Source: an uncultured Bacteroidota bacterium
GTDB lineage: Bacteria; Bacteroidota; Ignavibacteria; Ignavibacteriales; Ignavibacteriaceae
Reading direction: 5' to 3'
Assembly (NCBI GenBank): GCA_963739955.1
Contig: CAVUCX010000072.1
Span: forward strand, 10,455 to 74,454
DNA length: 64,000 bases
Of the stretch, positions 45,781 to 54,339 are shown piece by piece. Position 1 is the first letter of the stretch. Each line of letters opens with the position of its first letter. The notes under the pieces are model-generated. The model saw only the letters and a list, made by a program, of their open reading frames with translations. It did not search any database and was not told the DNA's origin. The position numbers and the translations under genes were made by a program.

Positions 45781-47187
45781 ATGAGCCAGGTTGAAAATTT
45801 TTTAGAAAAACAATTAGAATTGCTAAAATCAGAAGATCCTCCGACCAGAAGCATGGCAGCCGAAGCCCTGATGAACGAAGAATTATCCGAAGATGCGGCC
45901 GATGCATTATGCAAATTAGTAACGGATCCGGATAAAGGAGTTCGAAATTCTGCCGATTTAGCACTTTCGATTAATCTTAGCATTTTAATTCCCAAATATT
46001 TGGTTAAATATATTTCTTCTCAGGAAATATCCGTTAGGAACTTAGCAGGAGAAATTTTATTAAAGATCGGTTCTAATGCTATTGATGCAATGCTGAAATA
46101 CCTTGACAGGGGAAATGACGACGATAAAAAATTTATTGTTGATGTTCTCGGTTTAATAGGCGATCCCGTTGCCAGCGATAAGATATTCGACTTGCTGAAG
46201 GCAAATAAAAACGACAACGTGATACTCGCTTGTATAGAAGCCCTCGGGCATCTGAAATATGAAGAAGCAGTCGACTTTTTGATCCGAATATACCCGCAGA
46301 ACGAATTATTCAGACCGACAATTATCGAAGCACTGGGCAAAATAGGATCTAAAAATGCAGTGAAGTTTATTATTGAAAGCTTCTCATATGAGGATGAATT
46401 GACAAAATTCTCAATGATAGAAAGTCTCGGTTTGATAGGTGACGAAGAAACCTTTTTCTTCCTTCTCTCGGAATTAAATAAAACCGAAGGACCTCTCGTT
46501 TGGGTTATACTGAACTCTATATTCCAGCTTAAGGAAAAATATAATTTTGATGTTCCTTTCGACGACAAAATGAAAAAATCAATTCTACTAACTATTTACG
46601 AAGCAGATTCCGAATTTCAAAAGGCCGCGGTCAATTTAATAATACCGTTCGATGACGAAGAAGTTATAAATGCGCTGCTTACCATTTACGGTAACAATTA
46701 CGAGATGGATGATTTAATAAAACCTAAATGCATTATAAAAACCTCTACAACTTTAGGCTCAATTCCGAATTTAATAAACAAAAATCCTAATAACCTGAGA
46801 AGCCTGTTGGATTTGTTGAGAGAGATAGTAGTTTTCGAAAATATCAATCCCAAAGGCATTTTAACTTCACTTCAATTCAGGCAGTTAACGGATTCAATTT
46901 CAAAGTGCCTGGATAATCCCGACGAAGAGGTACGAAAAACTGCAACCGAACTGCTGTTTGTGCTTGACCGCAGTGTTGCCGTATTATTCCTGGATAAAAT
47001 GACGGACGATAATAATATGTGGAACAGATTAAAACTTCTGGAACTCCTCGACGGAGTGCGTTCGGCAGAAGCAGACTTTGCTCTTCAAAAATTAGCTAAC
47101 GATCCGGAAGAAATGATAAGCGAGCGGGCTCAGTTTGTCATCTCTCGAAGGGAAGATCCTAAATTTGAAACGAAAATAGAAAACTAA
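45781..47187 (+). CDS. HEAT (PBS-lyase-type) repeat protein, first gene of the che operon
   Basis: It contains repeated units of the type ..VRNLAGEILLKIGSNAIDAML.., ..IVDVLGLIGDPVASDKIF.., ..CIEALGHLKYEEAVDFL.., ..IIEALGKIGSKNAVKFI.., ..MIESLGLIGDEE... Its stop lies 1 nt before the cheR start. Confidence 0.75.
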   Translation: MSQVENFLEKQLELLKSEDPPTRSMAAEALMNEELSEDAADALCKLVTDPDKGVRNSADLALSINLSILIPKYLVKYISSQEISVRNLAGEILLKIGSNAIDAMLKYLDRGNDDDKKFIVDVLGLIGDPVASDKIFDLLKANKNDNVILACIEALGHLKYEEAVDFLIRIYPQNELFRPTIIEALGKIGSKNAVKFIIESFSYEDELTKFSMIESLGLIGDEETFFFLLSELNKTEGPLVWVILNSIFQLKEKYNFDVPFDDKMKKSILLTIYEADSEFQKAAVNLIIPFDDEEVINALLTIYGNNYEMDDLIKPKCIIKTSTTLGSIPNLINKNPNNLRSLLDLLREIVVFENINPKGILTSLQFRQLTDSISKCLDNPDEEVRKTATELLFVLDRSVAVLFLDKMTDDNNMWNRLKLLELLDGVRSAEADFALQKLANDPEEMISERAQFVISRREDPKFETKIEN

Positions 47188-47188
47188 A

Positions 47189-48088
47189 ATGAACCAATTT
47201 CCCAACGCTTCAATACCGCAGGTAAATACTTTACAGAGCAATTTCGACTCGACTTCGACTTTGTCCGATTCTGCCTTCAGTACTCTCAGGCAATTTATAT
47301 ACGACAGTTGCGGAATTTACTTTCAGGACAACAAAAAGTATTTGCTGGAAAGCAGAATATTAAAGAGAATAAATTTTCTGGGATTGAATTCTTTTGAAGA
47401 TTATATCGGTTACATAAAATATAATTTGAATAACGGTGCAGAGAAAAAGTATTTATTTGAAGCGATAACGATTAACGAAACTTTCTTTTTCCGAAATCAG
47501 CCTCAGTTAGATGCTCTGGTTTCAACTGTAATTCCGGAAATTTTGGCCAAAAAAACAGGTCCCGACAGATTCAAATTAAGAATCTGGAGTGCCGCAACAT
47601 CTTCCGGAGAGGAAGCATATTCGGTTGCAATGACTTTTCTCGATCTTATTAAACCCAGATTTCCCGGAGTGGAGCTGGAGATAATCGGTACCGATATAAA
47701 TCATGCAGTTATAGAAACAGCGAAGGCTGCCAAATATAAAGAATATTCAATTCGCAATACGCCTGCTTATTATCTGAAAAAATATTTTAATCAAGACGGC
47801 AACGTGTTCGCACTTGACCAATCTGTCAAAAATCTGGTCAGCTTTAAGTTATTTAATCTTTACGATGATGTAAGCATGAAAGCAATGTATAACTTCGACA
47901 TCATCTTCTGCGCGAATGTTCTAATTTATTTTGACCAGAGATCAAAAATGAAAGTAGTGTCGCATTTATACAATGCGCTTAATAAAGGCGGTTTCTTGTT
48001 TATAGGATATGCCGAGACATTACATACAATTTCAAAAGCATTTAAACTTGTCAGTTTTCCTAAGACTATAGGATATAAAAAGGAGTAA
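47189..48088 (+). CDS. cheR: Chemotaxis methyltransferase CheR
   Basis: ITINETFFFRNQPQLDAL. SAM site: LRIWSAATSSGEEAYSVAM..IIGTDIN. Also IIFCANVLIYFD. Confidence 0.9.
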   Translation: MNQFPNASIPQVNTLQSNFDSTSTLSDSAFSTLRQFIYDSCGIYFQDNKKYLLESRILKRINFLGLNSFEDYIGYIKYNLNNGAEKKYLFEAITINETFFFRNQPQLDALVSTVIPEILAKKTGPDRFKLRIWSAATSSGEEAYSVAMTFLDLIKPRFPGVELEIIGTDINHAVIETAKAAKYKEYSIRNTPAYYLKKYFNQDGNVFALDQSVKNLVSFKLFNLYDDVSMKAMYNFDIIFCANVLIYFDQRSKMKVVSHLYNALNKGGFLFIGYAETLHTISKAFKLVSFPKTIGYKKE

Positions 48089-48096
48089 TAAGAAGG

Positions 48097-48462
48097 ATGA
48101 AAAAAGTTATTCTGGTGGCAGATGATTCCCCGTCTATAAGAAAATTTGTTTCTTTCGCTCTGGCGATGCAGGGTTTCGAAATTATTTCGGCTGCCGACGG
48201 TATGGAAGCACTCGAAAAGCTCCCGAACCAAAAAGTGAATTTGGTTATAACCGATTTAAATATGCCCAATATAGACGGCTTTGAATTGATTAAATCAATA
48301 AGAAATAACGTCGAGTTTAAGGACATTCCTATTATTATCCTATCTTCTTTAGCCGGCAGCGATGAAATTCAAAGGGGAATGAACTACGGAGCGAACTCAT
48401 ATCTTATTAAACCGTTCGATCCGAAACGTATAGCTTACGAAGTTTCAAAACTTTTAAATTAA
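48097..48462 (+). CDS. CheY-like single-domain response regulator (copy 1)
   Basis: VILVADDSPSIR..LVITDLNMPNIDGFEL..IIILSS..YLIKPF. Confidence 0.85.
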   Translation: MKKVILVADDSPSIRKFVSFALAMQGFEIISAADGMEALEKLPNQKVNLVITDLNMPNIDGFELIKSIRNNVEFKDIPIIILSSLAGSDEIQRGMNYGANSYLIKPFDPKRIAYEVSKLLN

Positions 48463-48472
48463 GGATTATAAC

Positions 48473-48850
48473 ATGGGACTAAGATTTCTGGTAGTAGATG
48501 ATTCCGTAACAATGCGGAGAATTGTTATTAACTCATTGAAAAACCTCGGTTATGATAATTTTATTGAGGCTGCCGACGGTAAGGAAGCACTCGAGAAATT
48601 AACCGCCGACGATTCGATAAACTTTGTAATTACAGATTGGAATATGCCGGTTGTATCGGGTCTGGAACTTGTTAAATCGATAAGAGGCGACGATAAGTTA
48701 TCCAAACTTTCCATACTTATGGTTACTACCCGCGGAGTGAAAGAAGATATTATCGAAGCCCTGCAGGCAAAGGTTAACAATTATATTGTAAAACCGTTTA
48801 CTCCGCAAATATTAAAAGAAAAAATAGAGCAAATTATTAATGCAGCATAA
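48473..48850 (+). CDS. cheY: Chemotaxis response regulator CheY
   Basis: FLVVDDSVTMRRIV..FVITDWNMPVVSGLELVKSIR..LMVTTRG..NNYIVKPFTPQ is the classic CheY signature. Confidence 0.85.
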   Translation: MGLRFLVVDDSVTMRRIVINSLKNLGYDNFIEAADGKEALEKLTADDSINFVITDWNMPVVSGLELVKSIRGDDKLSKLSILMVTTRGVKEDIIEALQAKVNNYIVKPFTPQILKEKIEQIINAA

Positions 48851-48862
48851 AAAAGGTACGCC

Positions 48863-49336
48863 ATGAAACAAGTAAATAACATGACCGAACTGTTTGACCG
48901 CCTGAATGATCTAAAAGCTGTTTTTAGATACGGACAAAAACTGATTCCCATCATCCAGAGCATAATCGATTTTATGAGGGACACAGTCCCGCTTTTGGAG
49001 GACATTAATCATTCGATCGCAGATAGTACCAGCAAGATCCCGAAAGCAAAGGACCAGATTTCGAATGTAACCAGCGCTACGGAACTGGCTACAACCGAAA
49101 TTCTCGATTTGGTGGATTCAATTTCCGCCGACGTAGTTTATATTGAAAATACTTTCTCTGAACTGAAGGAAGAGGAAGAAACCAAAGAAAAACTCTGGGC
49201 CGAAATTAAAAAGCTTCTTCCGGAAAATCCCGAAACATTGGAGCTTATAAGTAAATTTGAGAACAGTCATCAGTTTATTTCCAAAAGCAGCGAAGCTTAT
49301 GGAAATATTCCAAAAAATACGCACCGATGTTTATAA
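48863..49336 (+). CDS. CheZ-like phosphatase, fragment 1
   Basis: N-terminal helices include SATELATTEILDLVDSI. The frame is lost somewhere in 49280-49299. Confidence 0.6.
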   Translation: MKQVNNMTELFDRLNDLKAVFRYGQKLIPIIQSIIDFMRDTVPLLEDINHSIADSTSKIPKAKDQISNVTSATELATTEILDLVDSISADVVYIENTFSELKEEEETKEKLWAEIKKLLPENPETLELISKFENSHQFISKSSEAYGNIPKNTHRCL

Positions 49337-49622
49337 TATTACCCTGTCGCTGCAGGTTCAGGATATTACCTCGCAGCAGCTTGCGGCGGTTAACCATTTA
49401 ATTGAGTCGGTACAGAAAAGACTGGCTTCACTTATTGTACATTTGGACGAATCGGACCTGCGTGATTTTGATACTTCGACGGTATACTCGACCAGCGGCG
49501 AAACGTTTGATCCTGAGGCCAGATATACCAAATCTACGGAAAGACAGGAAGCTGCCGATATAATTGTGAACGATTCACTAAGCAAAACATCTCAAGACGA
49601 GATAGATAAATTATTTTCATAA
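49257..49622 (+). CDS. CheZ-like phosphatase, fragment 2
   Basis: MEIFQKIRTDVYNITLSLQVQDITSQQLAAVNHLIESV has Asp and Gln four residues apart, as in the CheZ active site ..QDLTGQ... The acidic C-terminal peptide is SQDEIDKLFS. Confidence 0.6.
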   Translation: MRTVISLFPKAAKLMEIFQKIRTDVYNITLSLQVQDITSQQLAAVNHLIESVQKRLASLIVHLDESDLRDFDTSTVYSTSGETFDPEARYTKSTERQEAADIIVNDSLSKTSQDEIDKLFS

Positions 49623-49623
49623 T

Positions 49624-51435
49624 ATGACATCCAATAACCAATACTCGATGCTCAGCGATCCTGAAATGAAGGAAATCGTTGAAAGCTTCATCGTTGAAAC
49701 GAAGGAGATTCTCGAAAAGCTCGATTTAAATCTGATTGAACTGGAGAACAGAGCTAACGATACAGAACTTCTTAACGATGTATTCAGATCTTTTCATACT
49801 ATTAAGGGTACGTCTGGATTCCTTGGCCTGGACAAACTTACTCAAATTACGCACAGATGCGAAGACATACTGAACAAATTAAGAAAAGGCGATGCGGTAT
49901 TAACTCCCGAACTGATGGACGGGATCCTCATGGCTCACGATAAAATAAAAGAGCTGCTCGCCAATATAGAAACCGAATTAAACGAAAATATCCCGATCGA
50001 AGAAACAGTCGATTTGCTTACGAAACTTTTAGACAAGCTCGAAAAGGAAAAAGCTAAAGCCGGATCCGGAGAAATTAAACCCGGAGTAAAAGAAGAAGAG
50101 ATAAAAATTGATAACATTTCAGAACCTGAAGACCTTGATGAACATAACGAGGACCAGGAAGAACATGAACTTGAACATGAACATAATCCTGCAAAAAAGA
50201 AAGAAGAATCTTCCAAAGATACAACCAAAGCATTTCTGAATAAAAAAACAGAAAACACTATCAGAGTTGATGTCGAGCGGCTTGACGAGCTGTTGAATAT
50301 TGCTTCCGAATTAGTGCTGGGCAGAAACAGGCTGGCGCAAGTTAATTCGGAAGTAGGCCTTGAATACGAAGGAACTAAAATCTCGCGCGATCTTGCCGAT
50401 GCCGCAAAACAGATAGACCTCATGACAAACGAACTTCAGCTTGTTGTAATGAAAACAAGGATGGTTAAGATCGGAAAAGTATTCAACAGGTTCCCGAGAT
50501 TAGTAAGGGATCTTGCGCGGGAGACTCACAAAGAAGTTAACCTTGTATTAAAAGGCGAGGATACTGAACTTGATAAGACTTTGATAGAAGAAATTAATGA
50601 TCCTCTGGTGCATTTAATCAGAAACTCGGTTGATCATGGTATTGAAAATCCTGAAGTAAGAGAGAAAGCCGGAAAAGATAAAACCGGTACAATTATTCTT
50701 TCGGCCGAACAGGAAGGCAACCAAATAATAATTACAATTGAAGACGACGGGAAAGGAATAGACCCCGAATTCATTAAAGAAAAAGCAATATCAAAAGGTT
50801 TAATAACCAAAGAAAAAGCAAAAGAACTATCAAGACAGGAAGCATATAATTTAATTTTTCTGCCGGGCTTTTCCACGGCTGAAGTCGTTACCAACGTATC
50901 GGGACGAGGTGTGGGAATGGACGTTGTTAAAACCAACGTTGTAAAATTAAGGGGAATTATAAGTATTGATTCGGTTGTAGGACAGGGAACGAAAATAATA
51001 GTTAAACTGCCTTTGACATTGGCAATAATTCCCGGTATGATTGTTAAAGTCAATTCGGAAACGCTTGTTATTCCGCTTAACTCGGTAATTGAAGTTGTGA
51101 GAGTACATATAGAGGATATTTATTTCGTCAACAGACACGAAACAATTAGACGGAGAGACAGCGTACTTCCTTTAATCAGTATTGATAATCTGCTATACAG
51201 AGATATACTCATGGAAGATAAAAAGATCTGGCAATACGTAGTTATCGTCGGATTAGCGGAGAAACGGTTCGGAATAAAAGTTGACGAATTGTGCGGGCAA
51301 AAGGAAGTAGTTATTAAAACATTAGGCAATTATCTCGGTAGTATTGAAGGTATTGCCGGATCAACAATTATGGGGGACGGCACCGTTGTAATGATTGTTG
51401 ATATCAGCGAATTAATAAATAAATTAGCGAATTAA
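49624..51435 (+). CDS. cheA: Chemotaxis histidine kinase CheA
   Basis: Hpt: FRSFHTIKGTSGFLGL. Dimerisation: IRVDVERLDELLNIASELV. HATPase: DPLVHLIRNSVDHGIE..DDGKGID..GRGVGMDVV. It has a C-terminal CheW-like domain. Confidence 0.95.
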   Translation: MTSNNQYSMLSDPEMKEIVESFIVETKEILEKLDLNLIELENRANDTELLNDVFRSFHTIKGTSGFLGLDKLTQITHRCEDILNKLRKGDAVLTPELMDGILMAHDKIKELLANIETELNENIPIEETVDLLTKLLDKLEKEKAKAGSGEIKPGVKEEEIKIDNISEPEDLDEHNEDQEEHELEHEHNPAKKKEESSKDTTKAFLNKKTENTIRVDVERLDELLNIASELVLGRNRLAQVNSEVGLEYEGTKISRDLADAAKQIDLMTNELQLVVMKTRMVKIGKVFNRFPRLVRDLARETHKEVNLVLKGEDTELDKTLIEEINDPLVHLIRNSVDHGIENPEVREKAGKDKTGTIILSAEQEGNQIIITIEDDGKGIDPEFIKEKAISKGLITKEKAKELSRQEAYNLIFLPGFSTAEVVTNVSGRGVGMDVVKTNVVKLRGIISIDSVVGQGTKIIVKLPLTLAIIPGMIVKVNSETLVIPLNSVIEVVRVHIEDIYFVNRHETIRRRDSVLPLISIDNLLYRDILMEDKKIWQYVVIVGLAEKRFGIKVDELCGQKEVVIKTLGNYLGSIEGIAGSTIMGDGTVVMIVDISELINKLAN

Positions 51436-51436
51436 A

Positions 51437-52519
51437 TTGAGTCAAATTAAAGCAGTTGTTGTTGATGATTCGGCGTTCATGCGTAAATCTATTTCTATTA
51501 TGCTGGAAAGTGATACGGATATTCAAGTAATAGGTATCGCAAAAGACGGCTTAGAGGGCTATAATATGGTTAAGTCCTTGAAACCTGATATAGTAACGCT
51601 TGACATTGAAATGCCGAAGATGGACGGTATTACCGCATTGCAGAAAATCATGCAGGACTGTCCGACCTCCGTAATTATGTTAAGCTCTCTTACCACTGAA
51701 GGAGCTGATGTAACGATAAAAGCTCTTGAATACGGCGCGGCAGATTTTATTCCGAAAGAATTATCATATATTAATGTTAACATTATCAGAATAAAAGACG
51801 ATCTGATAAACAAGGTAAAAGAGATAGTTAAACAGCGCAGTTTACGTGAAAGACTGAAAAGGATTCAACGCGTAAACGAAAGTTTAAATCCTGCCAAACA
51901 AAAGAGCATTACACCAGCCGCACCATTGAAGAGTCTGCCGCATATAGGATACAGGGCAATTGCGCTCGGAGTTTCTACCGGCGGTCCGTTCTCGCTTCAG
52001 AAAGTAATTCCAAGATTAGATAAGAATATAAATATTCCGATTTTTATCGTGCAGCATATGCCGCCTAAATTTACTAAATCTCTCGCCGAGCGTTTGAATA
52101 ATCTAAGCGAAGTGGAAGTTAAAGAAGCTGAAGACAACGAGATTATAAGGAACGGTGTTGTGTATATCGCACCCGGCGGATTTCATATGACCGTTATAAA
52201 AAGCGAATCGGGCAGGGAAAAAATACGTATTTCCAGAGAACCTTCGGATACACTGCATTGCCCGGCGGTAGATGTTATGATTGATTCGGTTGTCAAAATA
52301 TACGGTAAACATGCGATGGGTATTATAATGACCGGTATGGGCAAGGACGGATTTGAAGGTATTAAACAATTAAAATTAGAAGGCGGTTACTGCATCGCAC
52401 AGGATGAAGTAAGCTGCGTTGTGTACGGTATGCCGAAAGCTATCGTAGACGGCGGTTTGGCCGATGTAATATCACCGCTGGAGAATATTTCGGAAGTAAT
52501 AAACAAAGCAATATTATGA
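51437..52519 (+). CDS. cheB: Chemotaxis methylesterase CheB (REC + esterase)
   Basis: TTG start. REC: VVVDDSAFMR..IVTLDIEMPKMDG. Esterase: ALGVSTGGP..IFIVQHMPP..GMGKDG. Confidence 0.9.
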   Translation: MSQIKAVVVDDSAFMRKSISIMLESDTDIQVIGIAKDGLEGYNMVKSLKPDIVTLDIEMPKMDGITALQKIMQDCPTSVIMLSSLTTEGADVTIKALEYGAADFIPKELSYINVNIIRIKDDLINKVKEIVKQRSLRERLKRIQRVNESLNPAKQKSITPAAPLKSLPHIGYRAIALGVSTGGPFSLQKVIPRLDKNINIPIFIVQHMPPKFTKSLAERLNNLSEVEVKEAEDNEIIRNGVVYIAPGGFHMTVIKSESGREKIRISREPSDTLHCPAVDVMIDSVVKIYGKHAMGIIMTGMGKDGFEGIKQLKLEGGYCIAQDEVSCVVYGMPKAIVDGGLADVISPLENISEVINKAIL

Positions 52520-52761
52520 AAGACAATTTTGAAGAACCGTTATTCAGAGAGTTCAGTTTATCTGAAGATAAATCAAATAAAAGTTTTATAAAAGCAACAG
52601 ACGCTACTATAGTAGGTAAGACCAGAATTTCCATTGAAGAAGAGAGTCACGATGGTGTAAAAGTTATTCTGAAGAAAGACTCTAACGATGTTATAAAAGA
52701 GATCAAATTTGTATGTTCGTGCGGCCAGACAAAATCGATAGTTCTGGATTACACTGAATAA
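52516..52761 (+). CDS. Small (81 aa) protein with a CSC motif, translationally coupled to cheB
   Basis: Its ATG overlaps the cheB stop (ATGA). I recognise no family. The C-terminus is KEIKFVCSCGQTKSIVLDYTE. Confidence 0.5.
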   Translation: MKDNFEEPLFREFSLSEDKSNKSFIKATDATIVGKTRISIEEESHDGVKVILKKDSNDVIKEIKFVCSCGQTKSIVLDYTE

Positions 52762-52884
52762 TAATTTGCAGATGCACAATTTTAGCCATTTTTTTCATGA
52801 AATACCCGCCTAAAAGAGCTTAAATCACTTCAATACCAATGGCATTTATTTTGAACCACCGATAAGAAAAATATTGGTGTCAAG

Positions 52885-53271
52885 ATGTCAGGTACTCCCA
52901 TAAAAATGCTTCAAGATTTTGCCGATTATTGCGCGGTGAATAATAAAGTTATTAGCAAAAATATTGCGAACGTAGGTACCGAGAATTACCGCAGGGAAGA
53001 AATTGTTTTCAAAGATATGTTAAACGATAATATGACTGCAAAATTGAAAACTACCGACAGCAAGCATATAGGGGGAACCAATCAAGAAACATTTCCCGGA
53101 TATGATATAAAAGAAGATCCGAGTAAAGATAACGTTTCGGGAGTAAATAACGTTGATATAGACAAAGAAATGGCATCGCTTGCCGAAAATACTCTTAATT
53201 TTAAATTCGCCTCAAACAGAATCAGCGATTATTTCAAAAAAATTCAAATGGTAATTAAAGGGAATGCATAA
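52885..53271 (+). CDS. flgB: Flagellar proximal rod protein FlgB
   Basis: VISKNIANVGTENYRR at the N-terminus and NVDIDKEMASLAENTLNFKF at the C-terminus. Confidence 0.85.
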   Translation: MSGTPIKMLQDFADYCAVNNKVISKNIANVGTENYRREEIVFKDMLNDNMTAKLKTTDSKHIGGTNQETFPGYDIKEDPSKDNVSGVNNVDIDKEMASLAENTLNFKFASNRISDYFKKIQMVIKGNA

Positions 53272-53768
53272 TGAAAATAGGAGGAAATTTTCCGGGATTC
53301 GATATTAGCGCAAAAGGACTCAGCATACAAAGAAAGCGGATGAACCTTATTGCGGAAAACATCGCCAATGCCGATGTTACAAGAACGGCAGACGGACAAC
53401 CCTATAAAAGAAAGTTCCTTACGGTTTCCCAAAAGCAAAATGCTTTCTCCAATAATCTGATACAGGCAAGTACGCTTAAATTGGAAACAACAGACGAAGC
53501 ACATATTTCTAATATTGCAAATGTAGGAGTAACTCCGGCAGGAAATGCTACCGGATTTGTCTCCAAAGAAACGGTAGATAAAACTCCCGGCGAAGTAGTT
53601 TACATGCCGGATAATCCTAATGCAGACGCGAACGGTTATGTACAGGAATCAAATGTTAATATAGTTACCGAAATGGTGGATATGATTTCTGCTACCAGAA
53701 GTTATGAAGCGAACCTTACCGCACTTAATTCTTCTAAAGAAATGACTAAAGATTCATTGGAGATTTAA
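53271..53768 (+). CDS. flgC: Flagellar proximal rod protein FlgC
   Basis: GLSIQRKRMNLIAENIANADVTRTADGQPYKRK and NVNIVTEMVDMISATRSYEANL. Confidence 0.9.
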   Translation: MKIGGNFPGFDISAKGLSIQRKRMNLIAENIANADVTRTADGQPYKRKFLTVSQKQNAFSNNLIQASTLKLETTDEAHISNIANVGVTPAGNATGFVSKETVDKTPGEVVYMPDNPNADANGYVQESNVNIVTEMVDMISATRSYEANLTALNSSKEMTKDSLEI

Positions 53769-53772
53769 AAGG

Positions 53773-54042
53773 ATGAAAATAAATACCAATATGATTGGAA
53801 ATTACAGCCCGCATATTGCACATAATGTAAACTCGACCGGGAAAACAAAAGAAACCTCGCCGAAATTCGAACTGCAGAACGTAGCTCCGAATAAGGCTGA
53901 AAACCTGACTTCCGAAGAAAAAAACTTTTTTGCGGATATGTATCCGGATAAGAAAAATGAGATTACCGATCATCACTTTTATAACCGGAGCGGTGAAATG
54001 TCAGGTGTTAAAATCGGTTCCATAATCGATAGGAGAGGATAA
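53773..54042 (+). CDS. Small (89 aa) protein of unknown function inserted between flgC and fliE
   Basis: The ORF is tightly packed (4 nt after flgC, 1 nt before fliE) and hydrophilic. I recognise no motif. Confidence 0.5.
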   Translation: MKINTNMIGNYSPHIAHNVNSTGKTKETSPKFELQNVAPNKAENLTSEEKNFFADMYPDKKNEITDHHFYNRSGEMSGVKIGSIIDRRG

Positions 54043-54043
54043 T

Positions 54044-54334
54044 ATGAATATTGATTCGATTAGTCTGCATATTCCTGAATTAACAAATTCAGTCAAAGCG
54101 AACAATAATAGTAACGAGAAATTTGCAAATGTTTTAACCGATTTTATCGGAAGTGTCAATCAGGATCAATTAAACTCCAATAAAGTGACACAGGATTTTG
54201 TTAAGGGCGATAATGTTGAAATTCAGGATGTAATGGTCGCCGGCGAAAAAGCAAAAACAAGTTTGGAATTATTGATGGAAATCCGAAACAAAGCCATCGA
54301 TATGTATAATGAATTAACCAGAATGCAGATATAA
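54044..54334 (+). CDS. fliE: Flagellar hook-basal body protein FliE
   Basis: 96 aa. FANVLTDFIGSVNQDQ..IQDVMVAGEKAKTSLELLMEIRNKAIDMYNELTRMQI. Confidence 0.85.
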   Translation: MNIDSISLHIPELTNSVKANNNSNEKFANVLTDFIGSVNQDQLNSNKVTQDFVKGDNVEIQDVMVAGEKAKTSLELLMEIRNKAIDMYNELTRMQI

Positions 54335-54339
54335 ATACT

